A stretch of DNA of 64,000 nt from Armatimonadota bacterium. GTDB lineage: Bacteria; Armatimonadota; Chthonomonadetes; Chthonomonadales; Chthonomonadaceae. The notes under the pieces were generated by a model that saw nothing but the letters and a program-made list of their open reading frames with translations, was not told where the DNA came from and searched no databases. The stretch covers positions 584,715 to 648,714 of the forward strand of contig JAGWMJ010000001.1 in NCBI GenBank assembly GCA_028871815.1, given 5' to 3'. A program made the translations under genes and the position numbers. This document shows, in pieces, positions 8,993 to 17,691 of this stretch (position 1 is its first letter; every line of letters begins with the position of its first letter).

Positions 8993-9943
8993 TCATCCCG
9001 GACGGACCTCCGCGGAATCCGACAAGGCTGGGCTATTTACGGCTTGCGCGGTCGGAGGCGCTCCGGCCGATGGCAGCAGAAGCCCCGTCGGATCGGCGGA
9101 TGTCGGCGCTGCCGCTCGCAGCAGGCTGTCCTCGCGGCCCACGTTGTCGGCAGGTCGCAGCAGGTGACGATCCGTTTCCTGAGCGATCGCGCGCTGTTGC
9201 AGCAGCGGCAGGCATTGTTGCGCGGCTGCCACCACCTCCTGCCGTATCCGCGAACCTCGGGGCAGGGCGGCCAGCGCGGTAACCGCCGGCAGGGCCTTTT
9301 CATCGCCTACCTGCGACAGTGCCGCCAGTATTGCCAGGGCAAGTTCGGGCCGGCGCTTCGCGGCGCGCGAAAGGGTTCTGTTCAGTATGGCTCGCTGTTC
9401 CACGTTGAGGATGCCGGTGTCGCTGGCTCGCAGGCGTGGGAGGAGGCGGCACAGGGCGCGGCTCGCCAAAGCGTACATGTCCCTGTCCGGCACCTGGAGC
9501 GCTTCGACCACTGCGCCGGTAACCCGGATATCGTCAAAGTCGCTCAGAGCGCGTATGGCGGAGCGGTGTGTCTGGCTGAAGAGCACCGCGCCGCTAAGCA
9601 CACCGCTCATGCTGCCAAACATGCTGAGGAACATTGGCATGTGCACGTCGAATTGTAGGGCGATAACAGCAACTAACACAAATATACCGGCATACACACC
9701 CGCGCACCAAAGCAGCCTGTGGCGCCGTTTGCGCCGGTTGCGATCCTCCTGCGCAACAATCTGCAGCAGGGCGTTCATGCCGTCGACGCCAATGCCCCTC
9801 AAGTACCAGATGGCCTTCTCGCGCACCGGGGCTTTCGGGGATCGCGCGTTGGCCAGCGCCTCGCGGATGGCCTGCGCATGTGTCGACTCTCCGGGTGCGA
9901 CTGCTACAGCCGAGTCCATACTCGTTGGTGCGGCGCGGTTCAT
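8993..9943 (-). CDS. Membrane HEAT-repeat protein; tandem paralog B.
   Basis: It shares long blocks with the next gene, for example AQAIREALANARS, IRALSDFDDIRVTGAVVEALQ and LCRLLPRLRASD..ILN..QR.ILN. The DNA is also about 70-85% identical in parts. Its ATG overlaps the upstream gene's TGA in an ATGA arrangement. Confidence 0.65.
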   Translation of the reverse strand: MNRAAPTSMDSAVAVAPGESTHAQAIREALANARSPKAPVREKAIWYLRGIGVDGMNALLQIVAQEDRNRRKRRHRLLWCAGVYAGIFVLVAVIALQFDVHMPMFLSMFGSMSGVLSGAVLFSQTHRSAIRALSDFDDIRVTGAVVEALQVPDRDMYALASRALCRLLPRLRASDTGILNVEQRAILNRTLSRAAKRRPELALAILAALSQVGDEKALPAVTALAALPRGSRIRQEVVAAAQQCLPLLQQRAIAQETDRHLLRPADNVGREDSLLRAAAPTSADPTGLLLPSAGAPPTAQAVNSPALSDSAEVRPG

Positions 9944-10968
9944 AGCTGGTTGGACGAAAGGCTTGTATGCCCGGCTTCGCCAGTCGGCGGCTTGTGGGCA
10001 GTCACCGCGCGCTCCGCAATCATCGTCGCTGCTTCACAGGGATCCGCCGTACCGTTACGGCTCACGGTTTGCCCATCGGCAGGTACGGCAGCCGATGGCA
10101 GCAACAGCCCAATCGTGTCGACGGCCGTAGGCGCTGCCGGCCGCGGCAGGCTCTCCTCGTGCCCGATGTTTCCCGCCGCGCGCAGGAGCTGGCGGCGAGA
10201 CTCCTCGGCGGCTGCCCGCGGCTCCAGCAGTTGCAGACAGTCTTGCGCCGCTGTTACTACGTCCTGTCGTACCCGCCCACCCGGTCGCATTGTGGCAAGC
10301 GCGGTTACCGCCGGTAGCGAAGCTGCGTCACCGACCTGCCCAATGGCCGCAAGTATTGCCCTCGCCAGATCGGGTCGGTGATTCGCTGCTCGCGGAAGGA
10401 CTCCGTTGAGTATCGAACGCTGATTGGCGTTGAGGATGGCGGCGTCGCTGGCGCGCAGCCGCGGAAGCAGGCGGCACAGGGAGCGACACGCGAGCCCATA
10501 CATCCAGCTGTCACGCAATTGCAGCATTTCAACTACGGCGCCGGTGACGCGGATATCGTCAAAGTCAATCAAGGCCCGCATCGCGGAGCCGCCACGTTGG
10601 CTAAAGTACAAGGCGCCACCGTAAATCATGCCGAACGTGCCGAGCAGGCTGACTGCGAACGGGAGTCGATGCATACCCAGAACCAGGAGGATGCGATTCA
10701 AGTAAAAAACGCTGAAATGTAGACAAACAAACAGCAAGAATATGCGGCGACTTTTACCACGCTTCTCGTGCTCATACTTGACGATCTGGAGCAGTGCGTC
10801 CATTCCAGCTGGCCCGAGGCTCCTGAGCCTGCGAACCGCCGACTCGCGAACCAGCGCCTTGCGTGACCGTGCGTTGGCCAGTGCCTCGCGGATGGCCTGC
10901 GCCTGCGTGGATTCTTCCGGTATGGCGCGTACCGCCGACTCGGTCTCATCGGGTGCAGTTGGTTTCAT
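9940..10968 (-). CDS. Membrane HEAT-repeat protein; tandem paralog A.
   Basis: The start is chosen at the internal Met of MKPTAPDETESAVRAIPEESTQAQAIREALANARS, which aligns with the N-terminus of paralog B. This avoids the overlap with the molybdoenzyme gene that the longer track ORF (to 11226) would create. Confidence 0.65.
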   Translation of the reverse strand: MKPTAPDETESAVRAIPEESTQAQAIREALANARSRKALVRESAVRRLRSLGPAGMDALLQIVKYEHEKRGKSRRIFLLFVCLHFSVFYLNRILLVLGMHRLPFAVSLLGTFGMIYGGALYFSQRGGSAMRALIDFDDIRVTGAVVEMLQLRDSWMYGLACRSLCRLLPRLRASDAAILNANQRSILNGVLPRAANHRPDLARAILAAIGQVGDAASLPAVTALATMRPGGRVRQDVVTAAQDCLQLLEPRAAAEESRRQLLRAAGNIGHEESLPRPAAPTAVDTIGLLLPSAAVPADGQTVSRNGTADPCEAATMIAERAVTAHKPPTGEAGHTSLSSNQL

Positions 10969-11018
10969 GGCCGGTTGGCGGAATGTCCGTCGGGCTGCCT
11001 TCGCCCGGCGACCATGCT

Positions 11019-13157
11019 TCAGGTCTCGCTCCTGGCAAACTGGACCAGGTTTGTATGAAATGTAGAGCTCTCGCCCATGTCGCTGACCATGTCGGATGTG
11101 AGCGAGTTGATTCCGCTGCCGTTGGGGCTGTCTCGCCGCCACCACATGGATGGCGACCACGCGACACCGGGCTTTACAGCCGCGCTCACGACGGCCCGGA
11201 GCAGCACTTCTCCGCGCCGGTTCCACACGCGAAGCATATCACCATCCGAGACGCTGCGCGCGGCAGCATCGGCGTGCGAAATCCAGATTCGCGGCTCCTT
11301 TTCGGCTTTCTGCAGTTCCGACTGATTAGAGAAGCTGGAGTTCAGGAAGTGGTGGGCGGCGGGCGACAGCAGGTTGATCGGATATCGGCCCATGCCGGAC
11401 TCCACTCCTTCGTCGGTGGGTGGAGTGTAGTCCGGCAGCGGATCCAGCCCGTCGTCGGCGGCTCGCTGCGACCAGAGCTCTGCTTTGCCGGAGGCCGTCT
11501 TGAACGGCTTTCCGCCGAGCCAGGGCGCCCATGGGGCTGTTGGCGTGTTGAGCCGTGCAAATCCGTGCTCCAGCAGCCGTTCCCACGTTACGCCATTCAT
11601 GAGGGGCTCGGAGCTCTGAAGCGCGCCGCGGATGATCTCTTCGGCCGACTCCTGGAACACCGCGTCGGTGTACCCCATCGCACCGGCCAGCGCATTCAGA
11701 ACTTCGATGTTGGGCCGGGCTTCCCCGCGCGCCGGTATCGCCGGCTGGCTCAGGTTCAGGTAGAGGTGGCCGTACGGGGCGATCAGATCCAGGTGCTCCA
11801 TCTGTGTGGTGGCCGGGAGCAGGATGTCGGCGTACCGTGCGGTATCGGTCATCATCTGCTCGTGCACCACCGTGAACAGATCTTCGCGTTCCAGCCCTTC
11901 GCGTACCCGGTTCGAGTTTGGCGCGACCGCGGCGGGATTGGAGTTGTAGACGTAGACCGAACGTATCGGTGGGTCGCGCTCCTCCAGCAGCGCGGCGCCG
12001 AGACGAATCATGTTGATTGCCCTGGGCACGCTTCGGCCCCACTTCACCGGCGACTCATCATCGGGCGAGTGCAGGAGGTCCGGCCGCTTGACGCTGCGCA
12101 TGTTGAGCGGAAAGTGGCGGCTGGTGGAGAGCAGCAGGCCGGCAGAGCGGCGGTCCCATGCGCCGATGACGGCGGGCAGCGTAACGATGGCGCGTACCAT
12201 GCTGCCACCGTTGCTGTTCCGCGCGATGCCGTAACCCAGGCGAATCGCGGAGGGCTGCTCGCGGGCGTACCGCAGCGCCAGTGTCTCAATCTCGGTCGCC
12301 GGCAGGCCGGTGATAGCGGCGGTGCGCTCCAGCGGAAACATTGCGCATCGTTCCCGGAACTTCCGCCATCCCACGCTGTGCAGTTCGAGCCAGCGCTCAT
12401 CGTGCAGGCCCGCTGCGAAGATCACGTTGGCCATTCCCAACGCCAGCGCGGCGTCCGTTCCCGGCTTTGGCTGTACAAACCAGTCTGCGGCAGATGCGGT
12501 TCGTGTGCGAAATGGGTCGATCACAACCAATGTTGCGCCATTCCGCTGAGCTTCCCGGATGATCGGCATCATATGCACGTTGGTGCTGCTGAGGTTGGTT
12601 CCCCATGCGATGATAAAGCGACTTTGAGCGAAGCTTTCGGGATCGATTCCCTCGTTGGAACCGTACACGTAGCCGTATCCGGCCTCCGCGCCGGATGAGC
12701 AGATCGTGCGCTTCAACTGCGATGCGCCCATCCGGTTCCATAGGCGAGCGTCGCACGCGGTCATGTTGACCAGACCCATCGTGCCGCCGTATGAGTACGG
12801 CAGGATGGCCTCCGGACCGCTCTCGGCGATGATCTGCTTCCAACGGGCGGCGATCTCGCCAATCGCCTCGTCCCAACCGATTCGAGCAAAGTTGCCCTCA
12901 CCGCGTCCGCCAATTCGGCGCATTGGCGTAAGGACGCGATCCGGCGAATAGACCCGGTCTTCGTAATGAGCAACTTTGCGGCACAGGGTCCCGCGCGTGT
13001 ACGGATTCGCGGGGTTGCCGGCTACGCTCAGCAGCCGTGGCTCACCACCCAGGGCAACGGTGGCCAGCATTGAGCAGCCATCGGGGCAGTCGTGCGGGCA
13101 GGCGGTCAGCACCGTCTTAACCGGCGCCGTCATCCCCTTCTCGATAACTTCATGCAC
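11019..13157 (-). CDS. Molybdopterin (Mo-bisPGD) oxidoreductase, MopB superfamily; resembles NarB/NasA-type assimilatory nitrate reductase or formate dehydrogenase in size and organisation. The substrate is not determinable from sequence.
   Basis: The N-terminal CPHDCPDGC sequence is a C-x2-C-x3-C [4Fe-4S] motif. A 712-aa single-subunit organisation with a C-terminal molybdopterin-dinucleotide-binding-like segment (LRVWNRRGEVLLRAVVSAAVKPGVAW) is consistent with this family. The long plus-strand ORF 10863..12698 is an antisense shadow. Confidence 0.85.
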   Translation of the reverse strand: MHEVIEKGMTAPVKTVLTACPHDCPDGCSMLATVALGGEPRLLSVAGNPANPYTRGTLCRKVAHYEDRVYSPDRVLTPMRRIGGRGEGNFARIGWDEAIGEIAARWKQIIAESGPEAILPYSYGGTMGLVNMTACDARLWNRMGASQLKRTICSSGAEAGYGYVYGSNEGIDPESFAQSRFIIAWGTNLSSTNVHMMPIIREAQRNGATLVVIDPFRTRTASAADWFVQPKPGTDAALALGMANVIFAAGLHDERWLELHSVGWRKFRERCAMFPLERTAAITGLPATEIETLALRYAREQPSAIRLGYGIARNSNGGSMVRAIVTLPAVIGAWDRRSAGLLLSTSRHFPLNMRSVKRPDLLHSPDDESPVKWGRSVPRAINMIRLGAALLEERDPPIRSVYVYNSNPAAVAPNSNRVREGLEREDLFTVVHEQMMTDTARYADILLPATTQMEHLDLIAPYGHLYLNLSQPAIPARGEARPNIEVLNALAGAMGYTDAVFQESAEEIIRGALQSSEPLMNGVTWERLLEHGFARLNTPTAPWAPWLGGKPFKTASGKAELWSQRAADDGLDPLPDYTPPTDEGVESGMGRYPINLLSPAAHHFLNSSFSNQSELQKAEKEPRIWISHADAAARSVSDGDMLRVWNRRGEVLLRAVVSAAVKPGVAWSPSMWWRRDSPNGSGINSLTSDMVSDMGESSTFHTNLVQFARSET

Positions 13158-13174
13158 CGCGCACGCTGCCCTCC

Positions 13175-13609
13175 CTACGAGACCTTCCGGCCAATCACGA
13201 CCATGTGCGTGCTGGCGGCGCGTATCTGTCTAATTCTCCAGCCCGTGGCGCTCTTGACCAGCATCGCGCGCGCATCACCTGGTCGGTAATCTTTGCAGCC
13301 GGCTTGCGCAAGCGTTGGTGCAATGCTGGTGACGACCACGGAGGCACTGGCGGTTTTGCCTTTGATCTTGAGGTCTGATACATGCCACGCACACGCCTTC
13401 CGCGGTCCATCGGCGCTTAACTTATCGGGCCGGGACGTCGTTTGGGCCCTGTTCGGCTGCCTGACGGCTGCCGCTGCGGCGCCGATCGTTGCGGAAACGG
13501 GGAGCGCCGTGCAGATTGACCGGTAAGTTCGCAAAATGACGGGCCTCCATTCCCAGACAGATCCGGCGCAAACCTGCGATGGTTGCGTCGAAGTTGCGGG
13601 AGATTGCAT
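13175..13609 (-). CDS. Hypothetical small protein immediately upstream of the molybdoenzyme gene.
   Basis: A 144-codon ORF ends 18 nt before the oxidoreductase start on the same strand. No recognised motifs were found. Its coding status is uncertain. Confidence 0.35.
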   Translation of the reverse strand: MQSPATSTQPSQVCAGSVWEWRPVILRTYRSICTALPVSATIGAAAAAVRQPNRAQTTSRPDKLSADGPRKACAWHVSDLKIKGKTASASVVVTSIAPTLAQAGCKDYRPGDARAMLVKSATGWRIRQIRAASTHMVVIGRKVS

Positions 13610-13755
13610 GATACCTCAGGCAGACAGACCACCGGAGCGGGCCAGTTAACTCTACCAATACCTATTGCTTGAAACGTCAGGATACCGTGCAAGCGTGTAC
13701 CGCGGGCTGCCGCACGGAACGCCATGCAGGCACAACGTGCAGGAAGGGCGACAGA

Positions 13756-13989
13756 ATGGGACCACGCTCAGAATCCAGATTGGCGGGGAAGATCGACGAC
13801 GTGAATCGCGTGCTCTCGCGGCGAAGCTCGCTCGTCTTCCGTGGGGCCGTAGTAATGGCCCTGGCATTATTGGCGCCGTTCATCGTGGGAGTGGCGGCAC
13901 AAATACCAGCGGTCGCCACATCCTCACCGACCCGAAGCCCGGGAGTAACGATCAGTACGACGCAACGGGCAAAACGTTCTCTACGCTGA
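13756..13989 (+). CDS. Hypothetical small membrane protein (77 aa).
   Basis: An ATG is preceded by AGGAAGG with an 8-nt spacer. One hydrophobic helix reads AVVMALALLAPFIVGVAA. It lies in otherwise unassigned DNA upstream of tRNA-Ser. Confidence 0.3.
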   Translation: MGPRSESRLAGKIDDVNRVLSRRSSLVFRGAVVMALALLAPFIVGVAAQIPAVATSSPTRSPGVTISTTQRAKRSLR

Positions 13990-14102
13990 ATGGCGGCGTA
14001 ACGGCGGACTTCTCACAGGAAGCGCCACAGGCTCCGTCTACGGTGCTCCAGTGCGCGGCCAGAGTCCGAAGAGGGCCGGCTAGATGAGTGGACCCGCCCA
14101 AA

Positions 14103-14131
14103 TTGACGGGCGCACTGCGCCCGGCTATAAT
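14103..14131 (+). promoter_or_regulatory. Sigma70-type promoter for tRNA-Ser.
   Basis: TTGACG (14103-14108), a 17-nt spacer, then TATAAT (14126-14131). The tRNA 5' end lies 12 nt downstream. Confidence 0.5.
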
Positions 14132-14142
14132 GTCGATCGCGC

Positions 14143-14230
14143 GGAGAGGTGGCCGAGTGGTTGAAGGCACCTGTCTTGAAAACAGGCCGTCCGCAAGGGC
14201 GCGCAGGTTCGAATCCTGTCCTCTCCGCCA
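14143..14230 (+). tRNA. tRNA-Ser (anticodon TGA).
   Basis: The sequence is GGAGAGGTGGCCGAGTGGTTGAAGGCACCTGTCTTGAAAACAGG...GGTTCGAATCCTGTCCTCTCCGCCA. The acceptor stem is GGAGAGG/CCTCTCC and the anticodon loop is CTTGAAA. It has the long variable arm typical of Ser and an encoded CCA. Confidence 0.9.
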
Positions 14231-14265
14231 GTTCAGAACAGAACTGCGGACGCCGGCCGCCGCAG

Positions 14266-14610
14266 TCAGCGTCTGAAGCGGATTGCGTTTCGAACCGATG
14301 ATGCGAGCGTCGCGCCGAGAGCCTCCGCCGTCGAGCCGCGCAGATACATCACGGCGCGCAACGGCAAGCTCATCGTGACTCTCCTTTCAGATAATCGGCA
14401 AGGCCCGAACAGCGGATCGAAAAGATCGCCGGACCACGCCTCGAACAGGTCGACCTCGGCATCGGTGATCGGCGCAGAGTCGGACCAGTCTTCCATGACG
14501 GTCCACGCCTGAATGTTGTGCTTCGGCGGCTGGCCGATCCGCGACCAGGGTTCCGGCTCGATGTAGAGATCATCGGGCAGAACACTCAGGCTGGCCCCGC
14601 GTCGGGACAT
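14266..14610 (-). CDS. Hypothetical protein between the tRNA-Ser 3' flank and higA.
   Basis: A 114-codon ORF with no Shine-Dalgarno box and no recognised motifs. Low confidence. Confidence 0.25.
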   Translation of the reverse strand: MSRRGASLSVLPDDLYIEPEPWSRIGQPPKHNIQAWTVMEDWSDSAPITDAEVDLFEAWSGDLFDPLFGPCRLSERRVTMSLPLRAVMYLRGSTAEALGATLASSVRNAIRFRR

Positions 14611-14692
14611 TGCGCCAGAATCGCGCGAGGCCTCAGGGACCGGAACGGCCGATTTCTACGCCAGAACATCTGTCCCCTTCCGGTGGCAAAGA

Positions 14693-15010
14693 TCACCGAG
14701 TACCGAGCGGCGTCGCTCGCTCGATCCGCTCGCGCTCGCTGGGACTGTTCATCGCCTCCCACAGATCGGTGCGGCGCTGCACGTTCAGCCAGAAATCCGC
14801 ACTGTTGCCAAAGACGCGCGCGAGAATGAGCGCCGTCGCCGCCGTGACGGTGCGCCGGTCGTTGCACAGTTCATTGACGTGCTTGCGCTGAACGCCCATC
14901 GCCGCCGCGAGCGCCGCCTGGGTCAACCCCATCGGCTGCATGAACTCCTGCACCAGGATTTCGCCGACCGTGGCCGGCTTGCGCTTCGCCGTCAGCTTGG
15001 TTCGCCTCAT
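14693..15010 (-). CDS. higA: HigA-family antitoxin (XRE-type HTH).
   Basis: The HTH region reads GEILVQEFMQPMGLTQAALAAAMGVQRKHVNELCNDRRTVTAATALILARVFGNSADFWLNVQ. It lies downstream of, and overlaps by 4 nt with, the toxin gene, which is the reversed HigBA gene order. Confidence 0.85.
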   Translation of the reverse strand: MRRTKLTAKRKPATVGEILVQEFMQPMGLTQAALAAAMGVQRKHVNELCNDRRTVTAATALILARVFGNSADFWLNVQRRTDLWEAMNSPSERERIERATPLGTR

Positions 15011-15375
15011 CTATAGCTGTAGTCTTCGAGATAGACGCCTTCCGCTGCACCGTGGCTGCCGTCCCACGGAAAGATCAGCCGCCACTGACTGTTGACGCGG
15101 ATCGAGTGTAATCCCGCCAGATTGCCGCGAAGTGTCTCGAAGTGATTGATGGGCGGCACCCGCAGATCCTGATTGGTCGTCGCATCGTCGATCATCTGGA
15201 GCTTGCGAAAGAGTCGGCTTTCGAGGTCGGACGGGATGTGCCGCGACCGCGTCTCCTCGACGAAGAACGCGGGCAGCGAGTCGTTCGGATAATTATGTTG
15301 CAGTGTACGATGCGTACCGACCCTTATTGACGGAAACGGCAGGGCATCGCGGGTCGCCAGATTCAGGTCTGGCAT
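15007..15375 (-). CDS. higB: HigB-family toxin (RelE/ParE fold, plasmid-killer type).
   Basis: The C-terminal FETLRGNLAGLHSIRVNSQWRLIFPWDGSHGAAEGVYLEDYSYR matches the HigB pattern (LKGDRKGxWSIRVxxNWRLIFxxxDGDAYxVDYxDYH). The start is taken at the internal ATG 15375. The track ORF extends to 15576 with an implausible N-terminus. Confidence 0.8.
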   Translation of the reverse strand: MPDLNLATRDALPFPSIRVGTHRTLQHNYPNDSLPAFFVEETRSRHIPSDLESRLFRKLQMIDDATTNQDLRVPPINHFETLRGNLAGLHSIRVNSQWRLIFPWDGSHGAAEGVYLEDYSYR

Positions 15376-15574
15376 TACGGTATGGCGCCGGGCGGAGATT
15401 GGACAAACGGGGCGTACGAGAAACATGTCACCGTAGCGCGTCGAAAAGCGCCTAGAGCGTGCAGGTGACGTGGGCCGGCCCTGAACCAGGAGCATAGTCG
15501 GGCCAGGTATCGTACGGCGTCCATATGTCGCCGTGCCAACGTACGGCATTCCTCCGCCACACCAACCACTCGCC

Positions 15575-16120
15575 ATGGCCCCGTCATACTACGTAGCTTT
15601 CCTCCGAGGCATTAACGTCGGTGGCCATCGCGCTATACCGATGGCCGATGTGCGTAAGGCTTTTTCCTCGGCCGGCTGCCTGCGCGTCCGTACGGTGCTT
15701 GCCACCGGCAACGTGCTGTTTGATGCCGGTTCCGATGACGGGCTTGCGGAGGTCCTGAGGAAAGCGCTCCTGAGCGAACTCGCACTGGATATCCACGTTA
15801 CCGTTCGAAGTGTGGAGGCTCTTCGCCAACTTGTGGTTGCCGACCCCTTCGCAACGGTTGTCGTTACGGCAGAAACGCGGCTGTACCTTACGCTCCTGGA
15901 CGAGCCGCCTCCGGTATCGCCAATACTGCCTTATTCCTTTTCGCGGTGCGCCGGTTCGATCGTCTTCTGCCGTGGCGCGGATGTTTGCAGCGCGATCCAG
16001 TTGACGGCGCAAGGGGGTACGCCCGAGATGATGACGGATATCGAAGCTCTGTTCGGGCGGGGCATGACCACGCGAAACTGGAACACGGTGGCTCGAATTC
16101 TAAAATCGGCCGAGGCGTAG
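15575..16120 (+). CDS. DUF1697-family protein.
   Basis: The N-terminal MAPSYYVAFLRGINVGGHRAIPMADVRKAF matches the conserved DUF1697 start (YxALLRGINVGG). It is divergent from higB. Confidence 0.7.
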   Translation: MAPSYYVAFLRGINVGGHRAIPMADVRKAFSSAGCLRVRTVLATGNVLFDAGSDDGLAEVLRKALLSELALDIHVTVRSVEALRQLVVADPFATVVVTAETRLYLTLLDEPPPVSPILPYSFSRCAGSIVFCRGADVCSAIQLTAQGGTPEMMTDIEALFGRGMTTRNWNTVARILKSAEA

Positions 16121-16141
16121 GCTTGTGCCCGGCGGCCCGCA

Positions 16142-17458
16142 CTACAACGCCATCCGCTCCTTAGCCTGGATGTAGCGGCTGATTACGCTCGCGTTGATTT
16201 GAGCGGTGGTGCTATCCAGAACGATGGCGCCGGCGCCTGCCAGTGCGGCGAGGGCTCGGCGGCGGTCTGTCAGTAGTGTGGCAGCGGCCGCGGACCGATA
16301 TACGTCCAGTTCATCTTCCGGTGGCTTTGCCGCGGCTGCAGTAAGCGCAGGATCGGAGATCGCCGCTACGACCATCAGATGCCGTCGAGCCATTATGGCG
16401 ACCTCGTCGATCGCCTCCACCGACGTCTCGCGGTCCCAAAGATCGGTGAAGCATACGATCAACGTCCGCCGTCGGGCGCGGCGCGCCAGAGAGCCGAGCG
16501 CGGCCGCAAAGCTGGTCTCCTCCAACGATGGCTCGGCCGCCATCAGGTGCTGCTGAATGCGTCGCAGCTGCCTGCTGCCACGCTCCGGCTGCAGAAACGT
16601 GCCGACCTCGGCGCCAAATGTCAGCAGTCCCACGCGATCATCCGCTTCCAGTGCCGTCCTGGCCAGAGCCAGTGCTGCCGTGATAGCGGTTTCGAGGCGC
16701 GGCTTTCCGCCGATACGCATCGACATGACGCGCCCCAGGTCCAGCGCAATGATCACGGCTTGCGATCGCTCCGCCTCGTACTCGCGTGAGATGAGCTTTC
16801 CACGTCGCGCCGTAGCACGCCAATCGACGCGCCGCAACTCATCATCCGGCTGAAAGTCGCGCAGGCTCTCAAACTGCCTGCCCTGGCCGTGCCGTCGAGT
16901 ACTTCGCGTGCCGTCCGAGCCGAGTCGAATGCGGCGGGCGTTTGGCCTGCTTACCAAAGCCGGTGGCAGCTCGGGATAGACGTCTACCTCGCCTGCCAGC
17001 GGTAGATCGGTCCGGCGGCTCGCAAGGCCAAGCCGCCCGGAAGCGTATACCGCAACGTTTGCGAATCGATAACGGCCACGCGACGGCGCGCGGAAGGTGT
17101 AATCAACAGCCGTTTCGGCATGCTGGAAAGCAACGAAGCGCAGACCGTCGGTTGGCAAATCGAAGGTCAAACGACTGTCTGGGGTATCCAGCACTCTCAG
17201 GCGCCAAAGAGATCCGGTGCCGTTCGTCACGGTAATGCGTACGGTGGCCGGCTCCTGCGCCTTTACGGCCCGAGGCGCTTCGCGTCGGACGTCGTGAGCG
17301 TTAAGTCGAGGGGCAGTCCTTGCGTCCAAGCAGGCGGCGATGGTCAGCGCGATCAGCCCACATGTGCCAAGAATCGCCTGCGATGGCCAAACCCAAACGG
17401 CCAGGCTGGCCAGCACAATCGCGAGCGCCAACACAAAGTACCGGCGGCTGAATATCAC
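16142..17458 (-). CDS. DUF58-family protein (vWA-like) with an N-terminal transmembrane hairpin.
   Basis: The conserved DUF58 core reads RRHGQGRQFESLRDFQPDDELRRVDWRATARRGKLISREYEAE...VIIALDLGRVM. No MoxR-like ATPase is adjacent. Confidence 0.8.
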   Translation of the reverse strand: MIFSRRYFVLALAIVLASLAVWVWPSQAILGTCGLIALTIAACLDARTAPRLNAHDVRREAPRAVKAQEPATVRITVTNGTGSLWRLRVLDTPDSRLTFDLPTDGLRFVAFQHAETAVDYTFRAPSRGRYRFANVAVYASGRLGLASRRTDLPLAGEVDVYPELPPALVSRPNARRIRLGSDGTRSTRRHGQGRQFESLRDFQPDDELRRVDWRATARRGKLISREYEAERSQAVIIALDLGRVMSMRIGGKPRLETAITAALALARTALEADDRVGLLTFGAEVGTFLQPERGSRQLRRIQQHLMAAEPSLEETSFAAALGSLARRARRRTLIVCFTDLWDRETSVEAIDEVAIMARRHLMVVAAISDPALTAAAAKPPEDELDVYRSAAAATLLTDRRRALAALAGAGAIVLDSTTAQINASVISRYIQAKERMAL

Positions 17459-17691
17459 TTAGCGCCAGTACCGGAAAGCTCAATCGTTACGCCGCCCGGC
17501 AGGCCCGAAAGTCGGTCTCCCGGCCGCAGTTTGCGTCCCCGGCGTACGTCGCGCTGGCCGTTGACGAGAGTTGGATGCTCCTCCAACCATGATCGCGCGT
17601 CGCTGCCGCTGCCTATGATGCCGGCAAGCTTGAGCAGTTGGCCCAGCGTAATCGTTTCGGTCCGGATTGTTATGGTTTGGTTATTGGTCAT
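17455..17691 (-). CDS. S4-domain RNA-binding protein (YbcJ/YaaA-like).
   Basis: ITLGQLLKLAGIIGSGSDARSWLEEHPTLVNGQRDVRRGRKLRPGDRL matches the S4-like pattern. It overlaps the DUF58 start by 4 nt. Confidence 0.75.
   Translation of the reverse strand: MTNNQTITIRTETITLGQLLKLAGIIGSGSDARSWLEEHPTLVNGQRDVRRGRKLRPGDRLSGLPGGVTIELSGTGAK

Noticed and set aside
10863-12698. 611-aa plus-strand ORF.
   Set aside because: It is entirely antisense to the Mo-bisPGD oxidoreductase gene, which carries clear family motifs. Its product is rich in Arg, Gly and Trp, which is a typical high-GC shadow ORF.
14231-15600. Possible tRNA-Ser-integrated genomic island bounded by a direct repeat.
   Set aside because: Only an 8-nt partial match to the tRNA 3' end (near 15551) was found, and no integrase or excisionase gene. 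An intact island is not supported; the observation is kept only as a possible remnant in the findings.
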